Origin: Calditrichia bacterium | GTDB taxonomy: Bacteria; Calditrichota; Calditrichia; JAJRVZ01 | Reading direction: 5' to 3' | DNA: 64,000 nt | NCBI GenBank assembly: GCA_963777955.1 | Contig: CAVZSQ010000022.1 | Location: 800,001 to 864,000 of the forward strand | Shown here: one piece after another, positions 30,635 through 40,967 of the stretch | Layout: each line of letters starts with the position of its first letter | How positions within the stretch are numbered: position 1 is the first letter of the stretch | The notes under the pieces: generated by a model | Databases searched by the model: none | What the model saw: only the letters and a program-made list of their open reading frames with translations | Told to the model about the DNA's origin: nothing | Program-made: the position numbers and the translations under genes

Positions 30635-31764
30635 CTAATATTTCAGATATATTTTTCTAGTTACAATTGTTTTTTGTCCATGGTGCTGTGAATTTCCATT
30701 TACGGATTTTTTCAATGATACACTGCTTCAACATTTGTATTTTGTATATTTGTATCAATGACCTGCACATCTTCCACCAATCCCTGTCTGGTGATCGTAA
30801 ACTTTACTGTGATAAAATCTGTGCTATCTGGCTCGGCAGTACAAGTTAGACAGATCCGCCTGCTGTGCGGTTATTTGATTATTAATATTTTGATCATCAA
30901 TAGATGGATTTTCCTCCAGCTGCAGAGATACCAAATCCCCTGAGAACGATCTTATTCTGACTTGAATCAGCCTCTTTTAAATCACCGGGCAGTGGTGGAG
31001 GTTGTTCTGATTTCGTTGTAGTCCTTTCGTGCCGAGGTTCTGCAGAGATTTTGGTTTTGATTCAGCAACTCCGGACACAGGTTGTGGAGCCTCTGCTGCC
31101 AATTGTTGATCTTGCTCTTTTGCACCGGCGGTAATTTGGCCAACTGCAAGATCCTGTTGTTTTTCCATGGTCAGCGCGGTCGGCCGGATCTGCTCTCGTC
31201 AGTTTTACTGATTGGCTCCATAGTCTGTAAAACATCATTTGCCGCTATTCCTTCCTCTGCTCGGGTGCATGCTCTGCTGATGGAGGAACGCTTTCGGTCT
31301 TCTTGGCCCGGGCCGCAACTTTTCTTACTGTTGCAGACTCTATTAATGATTCAGTGGATTTTTCTTCGGCCGGAGTGCTGCGTTCTTGTACGGAATCTGC
31401 GGATGCTTTTTGACCGGGTAGCACAGCGGCTGGTTTGAGCTCGAGGTTGAAAGATCCGGAACTGGTAGTACAGCATCAGCGGAACCACAACGGCAACGAA
31501 CAAAAAGGCCGCATATCGCAGAATAGCATAGCGCATATCCTCCCGTGGCCGTGGGTCCTTGCGGATGGTTGAACGAACCTGGCTGCGGGCGAACTCGATT
31601 ACGCCACTGCACAGTGATTTTTCCAGTTGTACTTCCCGGGTATGTCTTTCACATTCGCGCAGATGTTGTTCAAATTGAGCGCGCATTTCACCCTGCAATT
31701 TCCCGCGTACATATTCTTCGACTAGGGACTCTCGATCTATTTGTTCACAGAATGGTTTATTCAT
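30635..31764 (-). CDS. Membrane anti-sigma factor (zf-HC2-like N-terminus, TM helix, linker, TonB-C-like C-terminus); heavily frameshifted
   Basis: 'EEYVRGKL....RAQFEQHLRECERH', TM 'YAAFLFVAVVVPLMLYY'; distal frames read 'ITVKFTITRQGLVEDVQVIDTNI...CIIEKIRKWKF'. End coordinate approximate. Confidence 0.6.
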
Positions 31765-31780
31765 GAATAAACTCCATGGA

Positions 31781-32336
31781 TTAATGCAAAGCAGATTTGA
31801 TCAGAACTTCCAAATCTTTTTTGCATTGATACTTTTTTGATTTGGCCACATCTTCATTGGCCAGCCCGGTCAAGGCGGCAATCTCGGTCATGGATTTATC
31901 TTCATAATAATATAAGGTCATGATCTTTTGACACAGGGGTGAAAGCATTTCCAGACATTTTCTTACCATTGCTACCCGCTCTTTATCCTGAATTTCTTCA
32001 ATGACACTCGGGTCGGTTCCAGGATTATTTTCCACTTTCTCCAGCGGAGTATATCTGCGGCGTCTGACCAGTTCCTGCAACCATTTCTTTTTAACTACGG
32101 CATATAAAAATGTAGATAATTTTGACTCCAGTACAAATTCGTTTCGCCGGATTTTCTCCCACAGTATGACCAGGGCATCCTGCAGGAGTTCAGAAGCATC
32201 ATAGTCGTTTCCATGGTTTGCCTGTATATATTTAGTAATCAGGTTTAAATGTTTACTATAGAGCCAGTCTAAGAGGCTGATCATCTCCTTTGCGGATCAG
32301 TTCGACAATGCGTTCATCGCTCAGGAACAGACTCAT
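31781..32336 (-). CDS. ECF-type RNA polymerase sigma factor (indel near 32275)
   Basis: 'MSLFLSDERIVELIRKGD' then, in a shifted frame, 'DASELLQDALVILW', 'LSTFLY', region 4 'LSPLCQKIMTLYYYEDKSMTEIA...KSKKYQCKKDL'. Confidence 0.88.
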
Positions 32337-32470
32337 TAACCGGGTCATCGTATCATCCATTAATTAAGGTATAGGGTCGCAGGTAAATGACAAATAGATA
32401 TTAATGGTAAGTATAATCCCTTTCACTGGCAATAAAATTATAATCACAATTTATGCAAAAAAAGATGGTA

Positions 32471-32516
32471 TTGACAAGTTCAAAGTTGATTATTATATTT
32501 CGTCAAATAACGAAAT
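32471..32516 (+). promoter_or_regulatory. Sigma70 promoter with overlapping ArsR-type operator
   Basis: TTGACA(32471)-N17-TATATT; inverted repeat ATTTCGT-N6-ACGAAAT (32497-32516) over the -10/+1 region. Confidence 0.75.
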
Positions 32517-32529
32517 GGGAATTGATACG

Positions 32530-32874
32530 ATGAGAGATAAAACCAAAATATTCAAAGCTCTTTCCGATCCCAAGCGTGTACGGATAATCAAAATGCTGGA
32601 GAAAAAACCACTCTGTGTCTGTGAGATCACTTCAATCTTGAATCTGGCCACATCGACGGTCTCCAAGCACCTTTACTTATTACGGGAAGCCGGTCTGATT
32701 GTCGACCAAAAAGAAGGCAAGTGGGTTAATTATCAACTCAATCCGGAATCCGACCGGACAGATATCCGGGGAATATTAAATTTACTTGCCGGCTGGATGA
32801 CTGATGATAAAGAAATTGCTGCCGACCGGGAGAAAGTCAGGACTATTGACAGAAATAAAATTTGTGGATTTTAA
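32530..32874 (+). CDS. arsR: ArsR/SmtB family metalloregulator
   Basis: 'FKALSDPKRVRI', 'LCVCEI', 'STVSKHL..LREAGL', 'EGKWVNY'; C-terminal Cys. Confidence 0.92.
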   Translation: MRDKTKIFKALSDPKRVRIIKMLEKKPLCVCEITSILNLATSTVSKHLYLLREAGLIVDQKEGKWVNYQLNPESDRTDIRGILNLLAGWMTDDKEIAADREKVRTIDRNKICGF

Positions 32875-32942
32875 TGGGATCAAGATTTCTTCAGAATGAC
32901 AAATTAATACATTTAATGACTGGACACATAGGATTCAAAGAT

Positions 32943-34244
32943 ATGAATTGGAAAGAAGAGTACAAACCACTGCTGTGGATAAGCGGTGTATTTTTACTGT
33001 TGTATTTCATGCCCCTGGAGAGTTCCGGATTTAAGCAGTCGGTTTACGCAGGATTGGAACTGGTCAACTGGTATGCCCGGGAACATGTAATATTATGCCT
33101 GGTTCCTGCTTTCTTTATTGCCGGCACCATCTCGGTGTTCGTCAGCCAGGCAGCGGTTATCAAATATTTTGGAGCTCAGGCGAAAAAATGGCTTTCGTAT
33201 TCAATTGCCTCAGTCTCCGGGACTATCCTGGCGGTATGCTCCTGCACCGTATTGCCGCTCTTTGCGGGTATTTATAAAAGGGGAGCAGGACTGGGTCCGG
33301 CCATTGCTTTTCTTTATTCGGGTCCGGCGATCAATATTCTGGCTATCATTCTCACCGCCCGCATACTGGGATTGGAATTGGGTCTGGCCCGGGTAATCGG
33401 GGCCGTATCGCTAAGTGTTGTGATCGGTCTGCTGATGCATCTTATTTATCGCCGGGAAGAAAAAGAAAAAGCCGAGGCCCAATTGACTTTACCCGAGGCC
33501 GGAGAACCAAGGCCGTTATGGCAATCGGCGTTCCTCTTCTTTACCCTGGTGGCTATTCTGATTTTTGCTACCTGGAGTAAACCGGAAACTGCGGTCGGAT
33601 TCTGGAATTTGGTATTTGATTATAAGTGGTGGTTAACCGGATTGGCAGCGATAGTGTTGCTTTATTCTCTGATTAAAATCCTGAAGATAAAAATCCTGTC
33701 TGTTTCCCTGGCAGTGCTGCCGGTACTGACAACCATTTTAATTTTTCCTCAATATCCGTTAATTCCTTTCATCACTGGAGTTTTACTGCTGGTCATGCTA
33801 TTGTCCATTTCTCCCGGCGAGCCGCAGGAATGGCTGTCGGCCAGCTGGGGTTTTGCTAAACAGATATTACCCCTGCTCCTGCTGGGAGTATTGGTTTCAG
33901 GATTCCTATTGGGAACACCTTTTGGCAGCCGGGGAATTATTCCTGAACACTGGATCTCCGCTTTAGTTGGCGGTAATAGCATTTTCGCTAATTTCTTTGC
34001 TTCCCTGGCAGGAGCCTTTATGTATTTCGCCACATTGACTGAAGTGCCCATTCTGCAGGGATTGATTGCAAACGGTATGGGCAAGGGTCCGGCTTTGTCC
34101 CTGTTATTAGCAGGTCCGGCGTTGAGTTTACCAAGCATGCTGGTCCTGCGCAGTATTATGGGAACACAAAAGACCGTGGTGTACAGCGCGCTGGTGGTGC
34201 TGCTCTCCACCCTGGCCGGACTTTTCTATGGCGCTGTTTATTAG
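32943..34244 (+). CDS. ArsP/DUF318 family permease
   Basis: 'YAREHVILCLVPAFFIAG', 'LAVCSCTVLPLF', 'FLYSGPAIN', 'MYFATLTEVPI', 'LLLAGPALSLP'. Confidence 0.88.
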   Translation: MNWKEEYKPLLWISGVFLLLYFMPLESSGFKQSVYAGLELVNWYAREHVILCLVPAFFIAGTISVFVSQAAVIKYFGAQAKKWLSYSIASVSGTILAVCSCTVLPLFAGIYKRGAGLGPAIAFLYSGPAINILAIILTARILGLELGLARVIGAVSLSVVIGLLMHLIYRREEKEKAEAQLTLPEAGEPRPLWQSAFLFFTLVAILIFATWSKPETAVGFWNLVFDYKWWLTGLAAIVLLYSLIKILKIKILSVSLAVLPVLTTILIFPQYPLIPFITGVLLLVMLLSISPGEPQEWLSASWGFAKQILPLLLLGVLVSGFLLGTPFGSRGIIPEHWISALVGGNSIFANFFASLAGAFMYFATLTEVPILQGLIANGMGKGPALSLLLAGPALSLPSMLVLRSIMGTQKTVVYSALVVLLSTLAGLFYGAVY

Positions 34245-34279
34245 GGGGCACAGGCATGTATCAAATAGGAGAGGAAAGC

Positions 34280-34711
34280 ATGGGTAAAAAAAGGATATTG
34301 ATCTTATGTACCGGAAATTCCTGCCGCAGCCAGATGGCCGAAGGTTTTTTGAAATCATTCGACCATGAACTGGAGGTATATTCGGCGGGCACAACCCCGG
34401 CCGCCAGGGTACACCCTAATGCGATCGCAGTAATGAAAGAAGCAGGCATTGATCTCAGCGCTAATTTTCCTCGGAATGTCGATCAATTTCTGAGTCAATC
34501 GTTCGATTTTGTTATTACAGTCTGTGATCAGGCCCGGGAAACCTGTCCGGTTTTTTCAGGCAAAGTGCGAAAACGGTTGCATATCGGATTCGAAGATCCC
34601 GCCGCTGCCAGCGGAACCGCAGAGGAAATAATAGCGGTTTTTCGCCAGGTAAGGGACGAGATCAAGTCAGCATTTTATAATTATTATCTGAAGAATATTA
34701 AAGGATTCTGA
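34280..34711 (+). CDS. arsC: Arsenate reductase, LMW-PTP (thioredoxin-coupled) type
   Basis: 'LCTGNSCRSQMAEG', 'ITVCD.A.ETCP', 'FEDPA'. Confidence 0.93.
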   Translation: MGKKRILILCTGNSCRSQMAEGFLKSFDHELEVYSAGTTPAARVHPNAIAVMKEAGIDLSANFPRNVDQFLSQSFDFVITVCDQARETCPVFSGKVRKRLHIGFEDPAAASGTAEEIIAVFRQVRDEIKSAFYNYYLKNIKGF

Positions 34712-34752
34712 CTATTGAAAATTGTGCAAACAATCAACTTAAGGAGGATCAG

Positions 34753-34998
34753 ATGTTATTTATTCAGGTAGTGGGTCCCGGTTGTTATAACTGCCAGAAA
34801 CTGGAATCACTTTGCAAAGAAGTAGTGACAGAAGAAAAGATAGAAGCGCAGATCGAAAAAGTTACCGATATCAAGCGGTTTCATGAACTGGGTATCCTGA
34901 TGACTCCCGGATTATTGATCAACGGCAAGGTGATCAGCAGCGGCAGGCTGCCGGCGAAATCGATGATCACGAACTGGATCCGGGAAGCAGCGAAATAA
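34753..34998 (+). CDS. Small redox-active disulfide protein (Thioredoxin_3/MTH895-like)
   Basis: 'GPGCYNC', 'EKVTD', 'MTPGLLING'. Confidence 0.9.
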   Translation: MLFIQVVGPGCYNCQKLESLCKEVVTEEKIEAQIEKVTDIKRFHELGILMTPGLLINGKVISSGRLPAKSMITNWIREAAK

Positions 34999-35027
34999 AA
35001 ACTCAGATCTCAAACGAGGAAGGAATC

Positions 35028-36074
35028 ATGGAATCGGTATCGAAAAAGTTATCGTATTTTGACCGCTATCTGACCCTGTGGATATTTCTAACCATGGCGG
35101 TGGGTGTGCTATCCGGCTATCTGCTTCCGGGTATCGCGCAATTCTGGGACCGCTTTTCGGTCAACACTACCAATATCCCTATCGCCATCGGTCTGATCTT
35201 AATGATGTATCCGCCCCTGGCCAAGGTGCGCTATGAAAAATTGCCGCTTGTTTTTCGCAATTTAAAAATATTATTTCTCTCCCTGGCCCAAAACTGGATT
35301 GTTGGTCCCCTGGTAATGTTTTTCCTGGCTATTCTGTTGTTGCCGGATAAACCGGAGCTGATGACCGGAGTGATCCTGGTGGGCCTGGCCCGTTGTATTG
35401 CCATGGTGCTGGTCTGGAACGATCTGGCCAGAGGGGACTCGGAACTGGCAGCCGGGCTGGTAGCCTTTAATGCCATCTTCCAGGTATTTTTATATTCCGT
35501 TTATGCTTATATATTCATAACCATCCTGCCGCCAATTTTCGGCCACAGCGGTACGCTGGTTGAAGTATCCATCGCAGAAATCGCCGTCACTGTTCTGATA
35601 TATCTGGGCATTCCGTTTGTCGCCGGATTAATTTCCAACTTAACATTTCGCCGCCTGGAGGGGGACGACTGGTATTTCAGGCGCTTCATTCCCAAAGTAT
35701 CTTTGCTGACCCCCATCGCTTTACTGTTTACTATTTTTGTAATGTTTTCACTAAAAGGGGAAAAAATCATTGAACTGCCTCTGGACGTTATCCGGGTCGC
35801 CATACCGTATACCCTGTATTTCGCTTTTATGTTTTTCACGACTTTTTTCCTGGCGAAAAGAATGGGTACATCATATGAGAAATCAGCCACCGTGTCTTTT
35901 ACCGCAGGCAGCAATGATTTTGAACTGGCGATTGCAGTGGCCGTGGCGGTTTTCGGAGTAAATTCGCAGGCAGCTTTTGCCACAGTCATCGGTCCGCTGG
36001 TGGAGGTACCGGTATTAATAATGCTGGTTGATGTTTCGCTCTGGCTCGGTAAAAAATACTTCAAGACTGCCTGA
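35028..36074 (+). CDS. acr3: Arsenite efflux transporter Acr3
   Basis: 'DRYLTLWIF', 'MMYPPLAKV', 'QNW', '[13 protein letters not shown]', 'FELAIAVA', 'GPLVEVPV'. Confidence 0.95.
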   Translation: MESVSKKLSYFDRYLTLWIFLTMAVGVLSGYLLPGIAQFWDRFSVNTTNIPIAIGLILMMYPPLAKVRYEKLPLVFRNLKILFLSLAQNWIVGPLVMFFLAILLLPDKPELMTGVILVGLARCIAMVLVWNDLARGDSELAAGLVAFNAIFQVFLYSVYAYIFITILPPIFGHSGTLVEVSIAEIAVTVLIYLGIPFVAGLISNLTFRRLEGDDWYFRRFIPKVSLLTPIALLFTIFVMFSLKGEKIIELPLDVIRVAIPYTLYFAFMFFTTFFLAKRMGTSYEKSATVSFTAGSNDFELAIAVAVAVFGVNSQAAFATVIGPLVEVPVLIMLVDVSLWLGKKYFKTA

Positions 36075-36103
36075 AGCAGGGATAAAAATAAAAATTTGAG
36101 AGA

Positions 36104-36526
36104 GTGAAGATGAAACAAGATATGGTTGTACTGATTTATCTTATGGCTTTTATTCTGCTGAGTTGCAGCAGCAAACCGGAGAATACAAAAGATGCAGCAC
36201 AGACATCCGGTTCTGTCGTTGCAGATAGCAGTTCCCTGATTACTTTTATTGAATTGGGTTCGGTTAATTGCATCCCCTGTAAAATGATGCAGCCGGTCAT
36301 GGCTGCCATCGAGAAAAAGTATGGTGAACAGATTAAAATTATTTTCTATGATGTTTGGAAAGACGAACAAAGGCAGTACGCGGTACAATATGGGATACGT
36401 CTGATTCCAACCCAGGTTTTTTTAGATAGCGATGGTAAGGAAATCATGCGCCATGAAGGATTTTTCCCGGAACAGGAAATAGATAAATTTTTAAAGTCGC
36501 AGGGTTTAATTCCCCGCACAAAATAA
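36104..36526 (+). CDS. Thioredoxin-like lipoprotein
   Basis: Lipobox 'LLSC'; 'ELGSVNCIPCKMM'; 'IPTQVF'; 'RHEGF'. Confidence 0.88.
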   Translation: MKMKQDMVVLIYLMAFILLSCSSKPENTKDAAQTSGSVVADSSSLITFIELGSVNCIPCKMMQPVMAAIEKKYGEQIKIIFYDVWKDEQRQYAVQYGIRLIPTQVFLDSDGKEIMRHEGFFPEQEIDKFLKSQGLIPRTK

Positions 36527-36533
36527 TTAAAAG

Positions 36534-37238
36534 ATGCTAGACAAAATCTTTTCGGCTTTAACCCTGGCCTTGAGCGACAGTTTTGAATTGGCGCTGCTGG
36601 CTGCTTTTGGCTGGGGGCTGGCCAGTATCATGCTCAGTCCCTGCCACCTGGCCAGCATCCCTTTACTGATCGGTTATTTGACCCGGCAAAAGTCGATTCG
36701 TTCTAAAAAAGTATTTTATCTCTCTTTCTTATTTGCCCTGGGCATTCTGGTTACTCTGGCGGTCATTGGACTGCTTACCGCCGCCAGCGGACATATTTTG
36801 GGTGATATCGGCAGGGCAGGAAGAATACTGGTGTTACTGATATTTTTATTGGCCGGTTTGTACCTGCTGGATTTAATCCGGATTCCCATTCCGTCTTTAA
36901 ATATACTAAATTCACCCCGGAATCAAAACCGCGGCGCATTTCTGCTGGGTTTGTTGTTCGGTTTCAGTTTAGGCCCCTGTACCTTTGCTTTTATGGCCCC
37001 TGTACTGGGATTGATCTTCAGTATCAGTGCCGATCATTATTTACAGAGTGTCATGTTGCTGGCGGCTTTTGCCCTGGGGCATTGTTCCGTCATCGTCGCC
37101 GCCGGTGGTCTGATGAATTTTATTCAAAAGTACCTGGATTGGAGCGGAAATACCCGGGTTGTCCTTTATTTAAGAAGAACCTTCGGTATATTGGTGCTCT
37201 GTGCCGGTGCTTATTATTTTTATCAGTATATGATTTAA
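36534..37238 (+). CDS. ccdA: CcdA/DsbD transmembrane disulfide reductase
   Basis: Two TM Pro-Cys motifs, 'LSPCHL' and 'LGPCTF'; six-TM pattern. Confidence 0.85.
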   Translation: MLDKIFSALTLALSDSFELALLAAFGWGLASIMLSPCHLASIPLLIGYLTRQKSIRSKKVFYLSFLFALGILVTLAVIGLLTAASGHILGDIGRAGRILVLLIFLLAGLYLLDLIRIPIPSLNILNSPRNQNRGAFLLGLLFGFSLGPCTFAFMAPVLGLIFSISADHYLQSVMLLAAFALGHCSVIVAAGGLMNFIQKYLDWSGNTRVVLYLRRTFGILVLCAGAYYFYQYMI

Positions 37239-37305
37239 ACGTTTTTTATTTATTTAGCTCAAGCCGGTTCCTCTGCTTAAAATATATTTGCTTTATTATC
37301 CATTT

Positions 37306-37332
37306 GTGTTACATTTATAAAAAAGGTAACAC
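37306..37332 (+). promoter_or_regulatory. Putative NikR operator
   Basis: Perfect GTGTTAC-N13-GTAACAC inverted repeat ending 9 nt before the nikR ATG, overlapping TTGCTT-N16-TACATT; resembles deltaproteobacterial NikR sites. Confidence 0.75.
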
Positions 37333-37341
37333 GAAATAAAT

Positions 37342-37755
37342 ATGCAATTGATTCGTTTTGGAGTTTCGCTGCCGGGAGATCTGATCCGGCGTTTTGACCG
37401 GCTGATCCGGCGGAAAAAATATCCCAACCGTTCGGAGGCCATCCGCGATCTGATTCGCAGGGAGCTGGTGGAAGAGGAAATAGTCAACGATGCAGAAATA
37501 GTCGGGGTGCTGACGCTGTTGTACAACCATCACCAGCGTGAACTGCAGGACCGCCTGGGCAGGATACAACATGATTTTCATGAACGGATTCTCTCTACCA
37601 CACACGTGCATCTGGATCATGATAACTGCCTGGAAGTGGTGCTGTTGAAAGGACGGGCCGGGAAAATCAAGCAATTGGCCGATGAGCTGATCGCCCTGAA
37701 AGGGATCAAGCATGGGCAATTGTACCGTACTTCCACCGGTAAAAACCTGACTTGA
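37342..37755 (+). CDS. nikR: Nickel-responsive regulator NikR
   Basis: RHH 'RFGVSL...Y.NRSEAIRDLIR'; Ni ligands 'QH', 'HVHLDHDNCLE'. Confidence 0.95.
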   Translation: MQLIRFGVSLPGDLIRRFDRLIRRKKYPNRSEAIRDLIRRELVEEEIVNDAEIVGVLTLLYNHHQRELQDRLGRIQHDFHERILSTTHVHLDHDNCLEVVLLKGRAGKIKQLADELIALKGIKHGQLYRTSTGKNLT

Positions 37756-37797
37756 TAATAATTACGTATAAAATTAATTAATGGATAAATAGAAAAA

Positions 37798-38517
37798 ATG
37801 ATAAATCGAAATAGTGACGTCCGCTTAAAAATTATATTAGTGCTGTTGTTCCTGGTCTGTGTCATCGTTCTTAAGGTTCATCACACCTGGCCGTTTTTGA
37901 TCCTGAGCGGCTGGCTGGCCTTTTCAGTCTGGCTCAGCGGGATTGATCCCGGGGTACTGTTCAGAAGAGTCAGCAGAGTATATCCGATGATTTTTCTGGT
38001 CACCATTCTGCTGCCCTTTTCCGATAATAGTATAGCGGAACATTCCACCATTCTGTTCTTTAAGGTCAATTCCGCCGGTTGGGTCCAGTTTGCTGAGATC
38101 AATATCAAATTTATCATGATTCTGGTTTGTACCACAGTCTTCAGTTTGACCACCTCCCCCGGACAAATCGTAGCCGCTATGGAGTCGCTGGGTCTGGCCA
38201 GCTGGATCACCGCGGTTTTTTTCCTGATGCAGCGTTATATGGTGATTTTAAAATCAGAAATTCTGCGGCAATTTAATGCTTTTCGTTCGCGTTATATTTA
38301 TTTGAAGCCCATACAACGGTTAAAGTATTTTTCCAGGTTACTGACCACTTTCAGCGTACGCACCTTCGGCCGCAGCGAACGGCTGTACCAGACCATGCTG
38401 AGCCGGGGCTTTAACGGACAGATATATTCAAAAGCAGAGCAAAAATGGCAGGCCGGCGATACTCTGATTCTGGGTATCAATCTGGTATTTTTTACCATGG
38501 TGTTCATAGCGGTATAA
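37798..38517 (+). CDS. ECF transporter T component (CbiQ/NikQ/EcfT)
   Basis: 'DVRLKI', 'TTSP', 'RY', and the two conserved Arg motifs 'AFRSR' and 'MLSRGFNG'. Confidence 0.85.
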   Translation: MINRNSDVRLKIILVLLFLVCVIVLKVHHTWPFLILSGWLAFSVWLSGIDPGVLFRRVSRVYPMIFLVTILLPFSDNSIAEHSTILFFKVNSAGWVQFAEINIKFIMILVCTTVFSLTTSPGQIVAAMESLGLASWITAVFFLMQRYMVILKSEILRQFNAFRSRYIYLKPIQRLKYFSRLLTTFSVRTFGRSERLYQTMLSRGFNGQIYSKAEQKWQAGDTLILGINLVFFTMVFIAV

Positions 38518-38551
38518 GTGTATAAATATTTTTATCAACCAGTAGCAGGAA

Positions 38552-40422
38552 ATGGTACTGCATAATACGAAGGAAATTCAAATGACTATCAATAGTTTTA
38601 AGCCGGAATTTATCGGATTGTTAATGTTCCTGGCACTAAACCCGCTGCCGGTCACCCGGGCGAGTGAAGCCGATAGTTTAAAGGTATATGAATCGCGGGA
38701 TTCCATCGTAGTGGTGGCTGACCGGTTTGAATTGTCCCTGAAAGAGTTAGCCTATACATATAATATCATAGACAGTCGCGAAATACAATTACTGGCACGA
38801 CATTCGGCTTTGGAACTGGTTGACGTGGTCAGCCCCTCGGCATTTATAATGGAAAAAAGTATAATGGGTTATGGAGTGGGATCTGCCGGTTCCGGCAGTA
38901 TTAATATTCGCGGACAGGGCGGCCGGCCCAATACCGGCCTGCTGGTGCTGATCAACGGTCATCCTGATTTCATGGGGCTGTTCGGGCACCCGCTGCCGGA
39001 TGTGTATGGCACCGATGATATATCCCAGGTGGAAGTTCTTTCCGGACCTGCTTCGACGGTTTTCGGCAGCCAGGCCATGGCCGGGGTGGTTAATATCAAA
39101 TCAACTCCCGATTTTTCAATCCCCCTGAAAATATCAACTTCGGCGGGATCTTATTCCTCTTACAATGTGGGGATCAATCTTAACCGGCGTCTGGGCCGGC
39201 ACGGTTTTTCACTGACCGCGCGCCAGCGGGCTACCAAGGGCCATATTGCTCAGACATCTTTTAAATCGCTGCATCTGCAGGCAGGGTATTATGTTACTCT
39301 TGCTCCGGCCTGGGAACTCAGCACGGAGGGGCGGTATGTCCCGTATGAATTTGATGATCCGGTGCGGAATGCAGCAACCGATAAGTTAGGTACTAATGGA
39401 AAAATTCGCCGCGGTATGGGCAGTATTACCTTAAAAAATAACTACCAGCAGATACAAGGCTCGATCCAGATTTTTAGCAATCTCGGCCATCACCGTTTTT
39501 ATGACGGATTTGAATCTCATGATTTCAGCTGGGGGCTTCCACCTACCAGCAATGGAAAATCTCGCCTCGATTAAAGTTAGCCGGAGGCGGAGAATTCATG
39601 CGTTACGGCGGGAAGGCGAATGTGCAGGATGATAAATTCAGCGAAAATTCTTTCGGAATTTATTTGCTTTCTTTCTATAACCTGTCCAGCCGGATCAACT
39701 TTAAAGGCGGACTGCGCTACCAGCAAAGTTCGCTGAATTTATCCCAGGTTACACCGTTGGCCGGGATCGGAGTTGATCTTCTGACTAATCTGCAATTCTA
39801 TGCCAATTATCAGAGTGGTTTCCGTTTTCCGACCATCAATGAATTGTATCTGTTCCCCCCCTCCAATCCAGATCTGGAATCTGAAAAAATCAGCAGCGGA
39901 GAAGCGGGACTGGCTTATTACTGGAAAGGCAAAAACTATATCCGCGCGGCAGTTTATCATAATGATGCCTCTAATCTGATTCAGACAATTGCAAATCCCG
40001 CACCCCCACCGCGATTTCGTTATGCCAACAGCGGTGCAGCCAAACAGTGGGGACTGGAAGTGGAAATGTCGTATACCATTTCCCGCTGGCTGTCGGGACA
40101 GCTCGGAGTAAGTCAAATGGAACCTGATCGTCTGACCGCCTACAATCCGGAAACACAGTTCAAATACCGTTTCGACCTCCATTCCGGCTGGTTCAGTGCC
40201 ACTCTTTATGGTAAATATGTAGAAAAACTTTATGTAGCCAACGATTGGGCTGTGCGATTACCCGACTATCATGTACTGAATCTGGTTTTACGCGGCACCT
40301 ATGCCGGTTGGTCCCTGGATGTGCAATTGTCGAATATATTGGATCGCCGGTACCTGGTGTTCACCGGCTATGCAGCACCCGGATTTCATTTCATGACCGG
40401 GATAACCTATAGTTTGTTTTAG
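38552..40422 (+). CDS. TonB-dependent receptor (indel at ~39538)
   Basis: 'VVVADR' TonB-box-like; plug 'INIRG..LVLINGHP..VEVLSGPAS..GVVNI'; 'GFRFPTINELY', 'NPDLESE', 'NILDRRY', C-terminal F. Confidence 0.9.
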
Positions 40423-40439
40423 CAGCGGATTCGTTTTCT

Positions 40440-40961
40440 GTGGATCGGACTGAATTAAGACAAATACCTTTAACGGCACTATTCGCCGCTCTGGCTGTGG
40501 TTCTGCCGCCTGTTTTTCATATCGTCGGTCTGGGCTCAACCTTTCTACCCATGTTTCTGCCGGTGATGCTGGGCAGCATGCTGCTCAGCTGGAAATTTGC
40601 CCTGGTACTGGCCATCTTTGCTCCGATGACCTCCTGGTTACTGACCGGAATGCCTCCGCTGGTTCCGCCGATTCTACCGCTGATGACAGCAGAATTGATC
40701 CTGGTGGCTTTGATCAGTTCGATTTTGCATGTGCACTTACGACGCTCAGTCTGGCTTACCCTGGCCATAGCTATTATTATGGATCGCCTGCTGCTATATA
40801 TCATGGTTACTTTCGTTGCGAAGTGGATACAGCTGGATCCCACGGTTTTTTCAATCGCTATGGTTCTGGCGGGTTTGCCGGGAATTGTGCTGCAATTGCT
40901 GGTAATACCACTGGCGCTGAAATTAATCCGGCAGAAGTTTCCGACTCTGGTGAAAGGATGA
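40440..40961 (+). CDS. ECF transporter S component
   Basis: 'LFAALAVVLPPVFH', 'FLPMFLPV', 'TGMPP', 'GLPGIVLQL..IP'; about six TM helices. Confidence 0.85.
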   Translation: MDRTELRQIPLTALFAALAVVLPPVFHIVGLGSTFLPMFLPVMLGSMLLSWKFALVLAIFAPMTSWLLTGMPPLVPPILPLMTAELILVALISSILHVHLRRSVWLTLAIAIIMDRLLLYIMVTFVAKWIQLDPTVFSIAMVLAGLPGIVLQLLVIPLALKLIRQKFPTLVKG

Positions 40962-40967
40962 CAGACC

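Noticed and set aside
32404..32529. N-terminal extension of arsR in the ORF track
   Set aside because: It overlaps the promoter and operator; ArsR homology starts at ATG 32530.
35507..36388. 293-aa minus-strand ORF
   Set aside because: Antisense shadow of acr3 and the thioredoxin gene with no recognisable motifs. The same applies to 17019..17591, 48693..49343 and other overlapping ORFs.
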